Of a stretch of DNA of 64,000 bases, positions 52,826 to 64,000 are shown in pieces (within the stretch, counting starts at the first letter, position 1; the number at the start of each line of letters is the position of its first letter). Made by a program: the position numbers and the translations under genes. This DNA is from Octopus vulgaris (taxonomy: Eukaryota), in contig OX597818.1 in the NCBI GenBank assembly GCA_951406725.2, positions 131,502,001-131,566,000 on the forward strand, in the 5' to 3' direction. The notes below the pieces were generated by a model that was given only the letters and a program-made list of their open reading frames with translations, ran no database searches and was not told where the DNA came from.

Positions 52826-53045
52826 ATACAAATACATGTATGTGTATATATATATATATATATATATAAAACTATATCTCTAAGGAACTATTTTTGTAAT
52901 GCGCATGATAAAATTTTGGAGGGAAAATTTACGAATTCAATCGTCTATATAGGTTTAGCCTATGCTCGCTTTCTTCCACTATTTCGATGTTGCCTGGTCG
53001 GGAAGTGGAGGTACGTAGCATTTGACAAATCTATTTTAGTGGAGG

Positions 53046-53112
53046 TTTACGCTGATGAAAGACATGAAATATATATTTTATTATATTTCTAATCTAGAAA
53101 CACATTCGTAAA
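53046..53112 (+). ncRNA. Decayed type-I hammerhead fold with long stem II, in a (TA)n-flanked element at ~52870-53290
   Basis: tttacg-CTGATGA-[aaga..gaaatata..tatatttc..tcta]-GAAA-caca-TT-cgtaaa. Confidence 0.5.
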
Positions 53113-53290
53113 TGACCGTTAGACTTTGTTTTCATTATTTATTCCTTCTGTTTTGCATTTGTGAATTACAGGGATATGTCGTATGTGGAGTCTTATTTGT
53201 AGAAAATAGAAATAAACAGTCTTTGACTGCTCTTTCTAAGTTTTTTGGTATGTGGCTAAGCAACCTGTTGCCTGCCTCTTTTATTTATAT

Positions 53291-53376
<86 letters not shown>

Positions 53377-54240
53377 AAAGTGTATGTGTATACATGTACA
53401 TACATGCTTATGCATTTTCATATACTTATAAGCGTGTAAACTTATATATTCACAAAGGATATATATATATATAGACATTAGTAAGAAAAATTTTATGCCA
53501 GTGCTTCAGAAATAAAATCCCTCAGAACACAAAAGGCTCTAACTAAATACTGTGAGGTATTTTATCCAATGCTCTAACTATTCTGCTGCTCATCTGCCAC
53601 TCCTGACAGTGTTAATAATGATTCCCTGATTCCCATGTTGGCAGCAGGCCACACGTTTGGGTCCCTATAAACATACAATTGGTTGAAGGGTGGTGGTGAG
53701 GGGCATATGTAGTCAATTAAATCGTCCCCAACACAGCACTGAGAAAAACAGAATTTCTTGATTTCTAGGTGCACTTGTATGGCCCATATTAGTGAAGTTC
53801 AAAGATCAGTTTGAAGCTGCTTTTTGCTTTGTTTAGGATTAGTGAACGCAGTAACTATAATACATAAACCTCCCAAACAACACCATACTAGGCAATAGCC
53901 AGTGCATTATTATACATAAGAGATACTTTGGTAGGGTTCTTTGTACCCACAATCATCATCATCTTCTTCATCATCTGTAGAGTGAGACTGAACCCAAAAC
54001 CATGTGACTGAGAAGCAAACTCTTTACAACACAGACACATCTTTGGCTATTATTATGAATGTACATTTTACTTGAGAACATACTACACCCGAATAAACAC
54101 AACAAATACTACAAAGTAATGACAAATGGAGCATTGACTTGACACAGTTGCTCTGATCAGCACCAAGCAACCTAAAATTAATGATAATGAACATTTCTAA
54201 CATGAGCATAAAATATATAATTTCGAAGAATTTGATTTAA

Positions 54241-54836
54241 CCTTTTAGCATTCAGTTTACTCTGTCAAATTCAAAGCTTATTTATTCTCACTGTTTTGAA
54301 TTAATCATGCATTGTTTCATAACTTTGAGATTTCGATGATGTGATTGTTTCTTTTTAGAATGACATTGTAGGAAAGATGTGAGAAGATGGATTTGGCCAG
54401 TTTTAACATAAAGCAGGTAGAATATTTTGCAGTGGATTCCAGTATTTCAGTTTATTCCACCTTTATGGTACACCTGTTGTGCATTAAATTCAACTGATGA
54501 TCTAGTGAGGTGCACAATTCTTCTTTATCAAAATTTTGTTGCATACCTATTTGAATATTAGCTGATGATTCATTTTCTATGGTGATTTTAATATTTTTAT
54601 CTTTTGCTCAATTTACCTGGATTTACCTGTAATTAAAGTCGCTTTGAGACAAAAGTTATGCAATAGAATTGATTAAGAACCCTTTCTTTAATTATGTTCC
54701 AAATATCACATTAATATGTTGATAAGTAAAAAAGTTACTGTTATTTAATGAAACAAGCCTAAATTCATGATTATTTTAGAATTTAATTGAAACTCGTGAG
54801 GGGTGTATTTTGGTCAGAAATATAGTAACGAAAGGG
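54241..54836 (-). mobile_element. piggyBac-type MITE (possibly a composite of two)
   Basis: TTAA|ccttttagc...acgaaaggg|TTAA; the first 190 bp are the reverse complement of the 47451 family. Confidence 0.65.
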
Positions 54837-55230
54837 TTAAGTGCTAAAGGGATAAACAACCCTTATACTTGACAAGCACTTGCTTTAACAACTTTCAGAC
54901 AGATGAAGAGCTAAGTCAATGCCAGCACAAGAGCTCAGATTGTTGAAGGAAGGCAAAGGAATTCAGCAAGACAATTTTGTTCTTTTGACGCTCTACTAAT
55001 TCTGTTAATTCACCAATAATGGTTTCTGATTTGGGCACGATGCCTGCAGCTTTGAGGAGAGGGGCTTAATCAATTAAGTTGATCCCCCCCCCCTGCTTGA
55101 TTTATACTTTATTTTAACAAAACCAGACCTTGGCAGGATTTGAACTCAGAATGTAAAAAAAAAGTTGGGACTCATACAGCAAATCCACTTTTCTGATACT
55201 TGAATGAATCAGACAATCTACCACCATAAT

Positions 55231-55341
55231 AGAAGAAGAAGAAGAAGAAGAAGAAGAAGAAGAAGAAGAAGAAGAAGAAGAAGAAGAAGAAGAAGAAGAA
55301 GAAGAAGAAGAAGACGAAAGGAGGAGGGGGAGGAGAAGAAG

Positions 55342-55373
<32 letters not shown>

Positions 55374-55546
55374 GAATAAAAAAGTCGTGGTAGTAGTAGA
55401 GGTGAAGAGGTAGGAGAGAAGGCACAAGATGAGTAGGAGTTGAAGAAAGAAAGAAAGAAAGAAGGAAGCAAGGAAAGAAAGAAAGAAAGAAAGAAAAAAG
55501 AAAGAAAGAAAGAAAGAAAGAAAAAAGAAAGAAAGAAAGAAAGAAA
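55231..55546. repeat. (GAA)n and (GAAA)n purine tract
   Basis: Read directly. Confidence 0.95.
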
Positions 55547-55962
55547 CAGCAGTAAATTTTTGGCTCGTATTTCTGTTTCCTGTTTTATAATTTTCCGAGG
55601 ATATAAAAAGTCCCCAGATATTTTCTCACATTCCATAAAGAATGCAAGCATTATAGATATATTTGCTTCATGTTTGCCATAGTCCCTAGCTAGCAGGGAA
55701 AGAAATTTGATTAGAACACAAACTAACTAATTTACGGGCTAATAGATACAGCGTTTGATTCACTGGAACAGTAGAACAGTAACAGAAAGCAATTAGCATC
55801 AATCGCGTTAAAATCTCTAATGTAATAAAGAAAGCTTTGCAATCAGTAATTGATAGATACATACATACATTTGTGGCAGCTATATACATATTCATAGATA
55901 TCTACATAGATCCCATTAGTTTTACATGTTTGTAAATGTATAAACGTGAAATGTATAGTATG

Positions 55963-56012
<50 letters not shown>

Positions 56013-56027
56013 ATATATATATATATA

Positions 56028-56063
<36 letters not shown>

Positions 56064-56066
56064 CAT

Positions 56067-56103
<37 letters not shown>

Positions 56104-56960
56104 TATATACACAAACATATATATACATACATATATATATACACAAACATGTATATACATACGTGCATATATATATGTATATACATATATATGCACATAT
56201 GTGTGTAAATACATATATACATGTGTGTGTGTGTGTATAAATATATACACACAAATGCATATATATATGTGTATTTGTGTGTTTATATATATATATATAA
56301 TGTGCGTATATATATTCTTTTATTCGTTTGTTTCAGTCATTTGACTGCAGCCATGCTGGAGCACCACCAAATATATAAACAAGTGTGGGAGTATATATAT
56401 TTACACACACACACACACAAGATAAATGAATATATATAAATATTAATGTATCAAATGAATGATTTTGAGTCTTATATCTATTCATCTATTATCAAATATA
56501 CATACATATACAAATACAAATATATACATGTATATACGTGTGTGTGAGTGTATGTGTCCGCACAAACACACATATACATAAGCAAAGAAAAGAAAACAGA
56601 CAACAGAGACACAAATTTATACCAAAGTTTATACAGATGTGTGAATTTTTGATGACAAACAGTGAAAAACAGGCTAAGATTTCTGCCAGATGAAATTACA
56701 ATCAACTCTTACTTCCTGGTCAGTTGTAGCTATTCCACTTCATGCAGTTTATACTCTTGGGGAAAGACCTATATCATACTATCTGCATTTCACCTCTCAC
56801 CCAAAACTAACATGGTTAATAACCTATTGGTGGATTCCGATGATTAACAATAATCAAAATAATCAAGCAGAAGATATCCATTTTCACAAGAGTTTCAAAA
56901 AAGATTAGCTAATTAGTATCTACCTAATTACATATATCATCAATATATATGTATGTGTGA

Positions 56961-56994
<34 letters not shown>

Positions 56995-57501
56995 ATGTAT
57001 GTGTATACAGATTAGTCTGTGTGTGTGCATATATATATATACACACACACACATATATAGTAAGTATACACACATGAACTTCAAAAGGAAATCATCTTAA
57101 TTCATCTAATTAGGGCATTTATTCACACACAGAGTACTCTAGAATGACTAATTAGAAATTGGTTGGAGCCTATGATCAATGTCTAAGAGAAATAAATATA
57201 AGAATAAATCTCAAATATACCCACACGAAGAAAACAGTCTATCTCTAAGTAAACTTCCTGGAACTTCCAAATATTTCTCAGACTACATACTTCTGTGAAC
57301 CCTAGCTATAAAAAAGCAGTTAGCCACGAAGAATGGTAGAATCTGATGAAGCTGGAGTATACAAGAAAGAAATACATTTGTGTACAAACTGGCCAACGAA
57401 ACACACATATCTAATCAAGGTAATGAAAAGACACCTAGAAAACTCTCCTAGGAAAGATATAAAGTTGGAAGTCTTCAAATACCTAAATGTGATGATAATC
57501 C

Positions 57502-57922
57502 ATAATATATATCTGGAAGATCCTAGAAGGACTTGTCCCAAACTTTGGCATCGGGAGGTACACAAATGCTAGAACTGGGCGCCACTGCATAGTGCCAAGG
57601 ACTCCAAATTTGCCATCAAAATGTAGGACAAGATACTGTGATAGCCTGAGCTTCAGAGGCCCACAGCTCTTCAATATCCTCCCGAAGAACCTGAGAGACC
57701 TGCATGGGGTGGATGCAGATGTCTTTAAAATAAAACTGGATCTCAAATGAACCAACTTCACAGCAGGAGGTGCAGATGAGGGCAGCTGCATCGAACTCTC
57801 TCATGCACCAAATGGCAATTGCTAAAAAGCATTCGTGAAGTAAAATCATGTAGCAACACCAAATGGCGGTGCCCCAGCATGGCCACAGCTCATGAGCTGA
57901 AACTAGATAAAATAAAATAAAA
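57502..57922 (+). mobile_element. CR1-clade LINE 3' end whose tail matches SINE A
   Basis: IIYIWKILEGLVPNFGIGRYTNARTGRHCIVPRTPNLPSKCRTRYCDSLSFRGPQLFNILPKNLRDLHGVDADVFKIKLDL; tail ggcggtgccccagcatggccacagctcatgagctgaaac-(taaaa)n. Confidence 0.85.
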
Positions 57923-59231
57923 TTTTTAAAAAATAGAAAATATATATGTATATATATATTTCTGTGAGAGTTAGAGGTTGGGAAACCAACCAACTAAGGA
58001 ACAGTACCTATCCAATATGCTGCTAGTAGTGTACCCAATTATTCATACCCAAAGGCTGGTTATTGCATGGCAATCTCCCAATTGAGAGCCACACATGGGC
58101 AGGGGTAAAAAGTGGTTTACCCCTAATTCGTCCAGCAAATAAGAGAAAATGGAGAGGATACATCAGCTGGTACACATGGAAAAGAGTTTAAGATCTTAAA
58201 CCCTTTCCTGTAATATTAATTAATACATGTGTATGTACTCTTATAATGAATGAATAGACATGCTGAAATGTCTACCGACTGATGTATGTCGGCACAAACT
58301 TTCCGGACAACCCAATATTATTAGTAACAACATTTGCATTGAAGATACTTTATAGACTACAAGCAGATTCACATTTTCCTATATGCAAACATGGAAAAAT
58401 GAACTATTAAAACAATGAAGATGATAATGAAGATAACTGTTACAACTAATGTCTACAGTAATGAAAGGAGCATACACCAATATTGAGATTTTGAATCTTG
58501 CCACCTGTCCGTTGTTAAAAGCCACATCACATTTAATAAAGCAGATGTGAAAGTTAAATAGTTTATGAACACAAATAGACAAGAGGAAGAGATGACTGGT
58601 GGAACTAAAAGATATTCCTTCAGAAGCAAAAATACCTGAGAAACTTAGTGAATCGTGACATGACAAGCCAAAAGAGATCTCAGTTTCTGTGTTATGGAGA
58701 AATCCTCAGAATGAGAGCAAAGACAAAAGTAAAATAAAAACATGAATATTTCATTCATAGTCACTTGTAATTCTCGAAACCATAACATTTTATATTCAGC
58801 CAAATGTTGCCTTTCAATCCTACACCAATAATCAAATCTCAGAAATATAATTAAAGAATCCCAAATTAACCAACAGCTGCAAAAACAACCTCCAAATCTT
58901 GAAAACTCTTAACAAAGGCAAAATCCACATCAGAAGAAATAACACAGGTGAAACACAGTGAAATGCAGAGCTCTTTGATGAAATAATTGAACAGAACAAA
59001 ATCAAATATTTCAAGAATTAGAAGGAATTGAAAGGTTAATGCAAATATGAATTGCAAAACAAAAAAAAAATCTCATTTACCGCATCATATTCCCACAATG
59101 CAATGAAAATTATATCTGCCGAATGGAATCAAAATTAATACATAAAGAATTATACTGTTGTCTCCTTATTTTGACACATTTGACATGCAGATTTGATATG
59201 CAGATTTACAGAATCATCTAGTGTGCTTTGT

Positions 59232-60120
59232 GACATTGACACATTTGACAGTTATTGACAGATATATAGTCATACAAAATTATATAATTTTAAATTGACA
59301 TATTTGACAACTATCAATACAGAACCATATTACAATTTTTTTTTAGACTGTCATGTTTGACAACCATTATCAGACATTTGAATATACAGAGCCATACATG
59401 AGACATTGACACATTTGACTGTTATTGACAGATATATAGTCATACAAAATTATATCATTTAAATTGACATATTTGACAACTATCAATACAGAACCATATT
59501 ACAATTTTTTTTTAGACTGTCATGTTTGACAACCATTATCAGGAATTTGAATATACAAAGCCATACATGAGACATTGACACATTTGACAGTTATTGACAG
59601 ATATATAGTCATACAAAATTATATCATTTTAAATTGACATATTTGACAACTATCAATACAGAACCATATTACAATTTTTTTTAGACTGTCATGTTTGACA
59701 ACCATTATCAGGAATTTGAATATACAAAGCCATACATGAGACATTGACACATTTGACAGTTATTGACAGATATATAGTCATACAAAATTATATAATTTTA
59801 AATTGACATATTTGACAACTATCAATACAGAACCATATTACAATTTTTTTAGACTGTCATGTTTGACAACCATTATCAGGAATTTGAATATACAGAGCCA
59901 TACATGAGACATTGACACATTTGACAGTTATTGACAGATATATAGTCATACAAAATTATATAATTTTAAATTGACATATTTGACAACTATCAATACAGAA
60001 CCATATTACAATTTTTTTTTAGACTGTCATGTTTGACAACCATTATCAGGAATTTGAATATACAGAGCCATACATGAGACATTGACACATTTGACTGTTA
60101 TTGACAGATATATAGTCATA
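59232..60120. repeat. Tandem satellite, ~169-bp unit, ~5.3 copies
   Basis: Units start at 59232, 59402, 59571, 59740, 59908 and 60078; near-identical except for T-run length and a few substitutions. Confidence 0.95.
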
Positions 60121-61070
60121 TATTAATGAAGATAAATACATAGTCAAACTGGCACATTTAAAAATGATTAAAACATACAGAATCATATTGTTTCTGTACA
60201 TTGAAACAAAGCTAGAAATTTGCAAGAGTGAAAGAAGGTGTGTAGTCTATAGCACCGGCCTCAGCATATAACTGGTACCTGCTATACAGGTGCAACTCCA
60301 ACTTCCCCAAAACTGATGGTTCAGAACCTCTTATAATCAATACTAATTTATGGGCAGAGACTTCAAATTCCTGCAGCCATCAGACTAATTTACTGGTACC
60401 TTGCACAGTATAGTATTAATAAACATGTAGCTACATGGTTTCGGGTTCAGTCCCACTGCATGGCACTTTGGCCAGGTGTCTTCCACTCTAGCCCCGAGTC
60501 GACCAAAGCTTTGTGATTGAATTCGGTAGGCGGAAGTTACTGCTGTGTGTGTATGTGAGTGTGTAGGTGCTCAGTGCCTCTCCGAAAGAGAGAGAGAGAG
60601 GGTATCAGTTATACTTACATATAGGTACCTGTATTTCATTTAGTTATTTAAGTAATTTTAAATATTTGCTTAAATTAGGGAGCGTTGACCAAGGTGACCA
60701 CTAATCTGGAAAAACTTTGGAACCAAGGGTTCTGGAAAATTGATGCTGTACCTGCATATGGTAATAATTCTATTTGTAACAGGAAACAGTAAGAAAGAAT
60801 TGTTTGAAAATTTTCAATATGGAAATAGAATTTTATCTATTTCTGACAATGGCACAATTCTGCAAGAAAAGAAGGTGGATAACTAATTGCACTCCATTCC
60901 CCCATCTCATTCCACTCCAAAGTTTGGTTTATCCTTGAAGAGAGGAAAGGCAAAGTCTACCACTCAACAATACCAAAATACAGAATCGTAACAAACCAGT
61001 AAGGAGGCTTTCATGGTTTCACCAGGGTTTATGTTTAAGCTGGATTGTTTTTTTGAAAAAAATTACCATT

Positions 61071-61454
61071 TGGCTGTGTGGTAAGTAGCTTGCTTATGAA
61101 CCACATGGTTCCGGGTTCAGTCCCACTGCATGGCACGTTGGGCAAGTGTCTTCTACTATAGCCTCGGGCCAACCAAAGCCTTGTGAGTGGATCTGGGAGA
61201 CAGAAACTGAAAGAAGCCCGTCGGATATACGTATATGTATGTGTGTGTGTGTGTATGTTTGTCCCCCCAACATCGCTTGACAACCGAAGCTGGTGTGTTT
61301 AAGTCGCCATAACTTAGTGGTTCAGCAAAAGAGGCCAATAGAAAAAAGTACTTGGCTTACAAAGAACAAGTCCTGGGGTCGATTTGCTCAACTGAAGGCG
61401 GTGTTTCAGCATGGCCACAGTCAAATGACTGAAACAAGTAAAAGAGTAAAAGAG
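61071..61454 (+). mobile_element. SINE family A
   Basis: Matches the family sequence. Confidence 0.9.
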
Positions 61455-62013
61455 AAGCAGTCATGCAACTAAACAGAGAATACTCTCATAAGCCTTGGGG
61501 GCTAGGGTTACACTTGAAGATCCAAAACTATGAATAGTTTTGCATTGTGTTGAGGAATAAAGGTCTGGATTCAATCTCAGGATTTATGTTCAAGGAAGAC
61601 ATAACAAGAAATAAAACAGAGTGTTATGAATAAAATTACAAAATAAATGCATCATTTGATTAACCACCTCTCTAACAAGAGTCAGCTCTAACAAGAGTCA
61701 GCTTTACTAAGCCAACAAGGGAGACTCTAGGCCAGAGGTGTTAAATAGGTTTTCAGCCTTCGGTTCAATTTTGTAAGAAATATATTATCAATTTTAAAAT
61801 ATTCTGCAAAATATATAATTCTAACATGTGTTCAGTGTGCAGTTAGAGCTATAATGAATATCAGTTCTGGTTAATGAAATCAGTGCATTGTAGATAAATT
61901 TCTATCTCAACCACTGAAAATATTCAATCCATATATGAACAGATGTGACCCATTTCTCTTTCACTTTGTCTATATAAGCCAAAAGCCATCGAGAAAACCA
62001 TTAAAAAAAATTT

Positions 62014-62183
62014 AGGAGTGGCTGTGTGGTAAGTAGCTTGTTTACCAGCCACATGGTTCCGGGTTCAGTCCCACTGTGTTGCACCTTGAGCAAGTGTCTT
62101 CTACTATAGTTTCGGGTCGACCAAAGCCTTGTGAGTGGATTTGGTAGACGGAAACTGAAAGAAGCCCGTCGTATATATGTATG

Positions 62184-62214
<31 letters not shown>

Positions 62215-62423
62215 TTGTGTGTCTGTGTTTGTCCCCCTAGCATTGCTTGACAACCGATGCTGGTGTGTTTATGTCCCCGTCACTTAGCGGTTCGGCAAAA
62301 GAGGCCGATAGAATAAGTACTGGGCTTACAAAGAATAAGTGCCGGGGTCGAGTTGCTCGATTAAAGGCGGTGCCTCAGCATGGCCGCAGTCAAATGACTG
62401 AAACAAATAAAAGAGTAAAAGAG
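62014..62423 (+). mobile_element. SINE family A, full length
   Basis: Matches the family sequence. Confidence 0.92.
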
Positions 62424-62504
62424 TATTAGTCCAAATAGATTCTATTGATATGAATAATAATCTAAGGTTTTGCAACAGAAGCAATGCAAGCTTTCAATCC
62501 AGCA

Positions 62505-63072
62505 TCGGTTTATTCAAAATTGATATGCATTCATTTGATCAGCTTCAATCTCCTTTCTCACTCTAAGGATTCTTACTAAACAGGACTGTACATATACATA
62601 TACCATGTGGGAGAGATTTTTATCACATACTAGCAGTATCGCCCGGCGTTGCTCGGGTTTGTAAGGGAAATAACTATATAAGCATTTTTAGAGAGTTATA
62701 GCCAATAAATAGAAAAAAAATGCATTAAAAATGGAAAAAAAAATGATGGTAAATTTTTTTTTAAATCGTTGACTCATCGTAGACATTTCGGTTTATTCAA
62801 AATTGATATGCATTCATTTGATCAGCTTCAGTCTCCTTTCTCACTCTAAGGATTCTTACTAAACAGGACTGTACATATACATATACCATGTGGGAGAGAT
62901 TTTTATCACATACTAGCAGTATCGCCCGGCGTTGCTCGGGTTTGTAAGGGAAATAACTATATAAGCATTTTTAGAGAGTTATAGCCAATAAATAGAAAAA
63001 AAAATGCATTAAAAATGGAAAAAAAAATGATGGTAAATTTTTTTTTAAATCGTTGACTCATCGTAGACATTT
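62505..63072. repeat. 283-bp tandem duplication spanning the Helitron 3' end and its flank
   Basis: tcggtttattcaaaattgatatg starts at 62505 and 62788; a second CTAG terminus lies at 62630. Confidence 0.9.
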
Positions 63073-63294
63073 TTAGAGAGTTACTTCCCTTATATAATAG
63101 CGAAAAAAAATGATGGTAAATTTTTTTTTAAATCGTAGACTCATCGTAGACGCGCGCTAATACCCAGAAGGGCTTGATATGAATCACGACTATAAGATAC
63201 CCGGTTTTGGTTAAACTGCACCGCAAAATGTGGGAGTAGTTAGGAATCTAAATCATAGGAGACAGACACACAACTTCTCTTTTATATATAAAGA
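62913..63294 (-). mobile_element. Complete non-autonomous Helitron
   Basis: Minus strand A|TCtttatatataaaag...cccgagcaacgccggg hairpin...CTAG|T, with no TSD. Confidence 0.85.
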
Positions 63295-63620
63295 TTTCTG
63301 TATGGAACCTTTGTTAACACCTCCTATACTTTGCTTGCTTTATTGTTATAGTGTATATTGACTCCTTTATCCATCTACTTTGGCCTGCAATATGAATAGG
63401 GCTTTTAGAAATAATTTTCTGCATACAGCCTCAGATATCTAGTTTATACTGCACAGCAGCACACAAAATCCAATGAGTTTGACGCCTTACTCTATATGGT
63501 TGCTGAATCAGCAGTTAAATCTCCTGCAAATCTTACTCTACCAATTTTAAAAAAGAACATTTTAGATAACATCAACTGGTCCTGAATATACCGTCTTTCA
63601 AAAATAAAAAAATTGAAATA

Positions 63621-63789
63621 GGCGCAGGAGTGGTTGTGTGGTAAGTAGCTTGCTAACCAGCCACATGGTTCCGGGTTCAGTCCCACTGCGTGGCATCTTA
63701 GGCAAGTGTCTTCTGCTATAGCCCCGGGCCGACCAATGCCTTGTGAGTGGATTTGGTAGACGGAAACTGAAAGAAGCCTGTCGTATATA

Positions 63790-63836
<47 letters not shown>

Positions 63837-64000
63837 CTGTGTGTGTGTTTGTGTGTGTGTGTTTGTCCCCCTAGCATTGCTTGACAACCGATGGTGGTGT
63901 GTTTACATCCCCGTCACTTAGTGGTTCGGCAAAAGAGACCGATAGAATAAGTACTGGGCTTACAAAGAATAAGTCCCAGGGTCGATTTGCTCGACTAAAG
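63621..64000 (+). mobile_element. SINE family A, running off the window end
   Basis: Matches the family sequence. Confidence 0.92.

Noticed and set aside
59232-60120. CRISPR-like array or bacterial -35 (TTGACA) promoter array
   Set aside because: Units are near-identical with no unique spacers, there are no cas genes, and the context is eukaryotic.

Overview
Animal nuclear DNA that is AT-rich, dense in microsatellites and dominated by transposons. The repeat repertoire resembles octopus or another coleoid cephalopod; this is an inference from repeat style, not a database match. I found no host protein-coding exon: almost every ORF in the track is a translated microsatellite or SINE, so the window is most likely intergenic or part of a large intron. 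Contents: four families of tRNA-head or SINE-like elements (labelled A, B, C, E here) plus solo RTE 3' tails (D); 3' fragments of RTE and CR1 LINEs whose tails match the short elements; hAT, piggyBac, Tc1, Merlin-like and Helitron non-autonomous elements; one tRNA-Val(AAC) copy fused to an RTE tail; and a 169-bp TGACA-rich satellite. The most interesting signal is seven minimal type-I hammerhead-ribozyme folds from five different repeat families, of the Penelope-like pLTR type and mostly beside (TA)n tracts. Several have non-canonical catalytic cores (G3-C8 swap, U4C, A6U), and two sit back-to-back inside a 277-bp fold-back. All folds were read by eye and catalytic activity is untested. Element boundaries are approximate unless a target-site duplication (TSD) is given.
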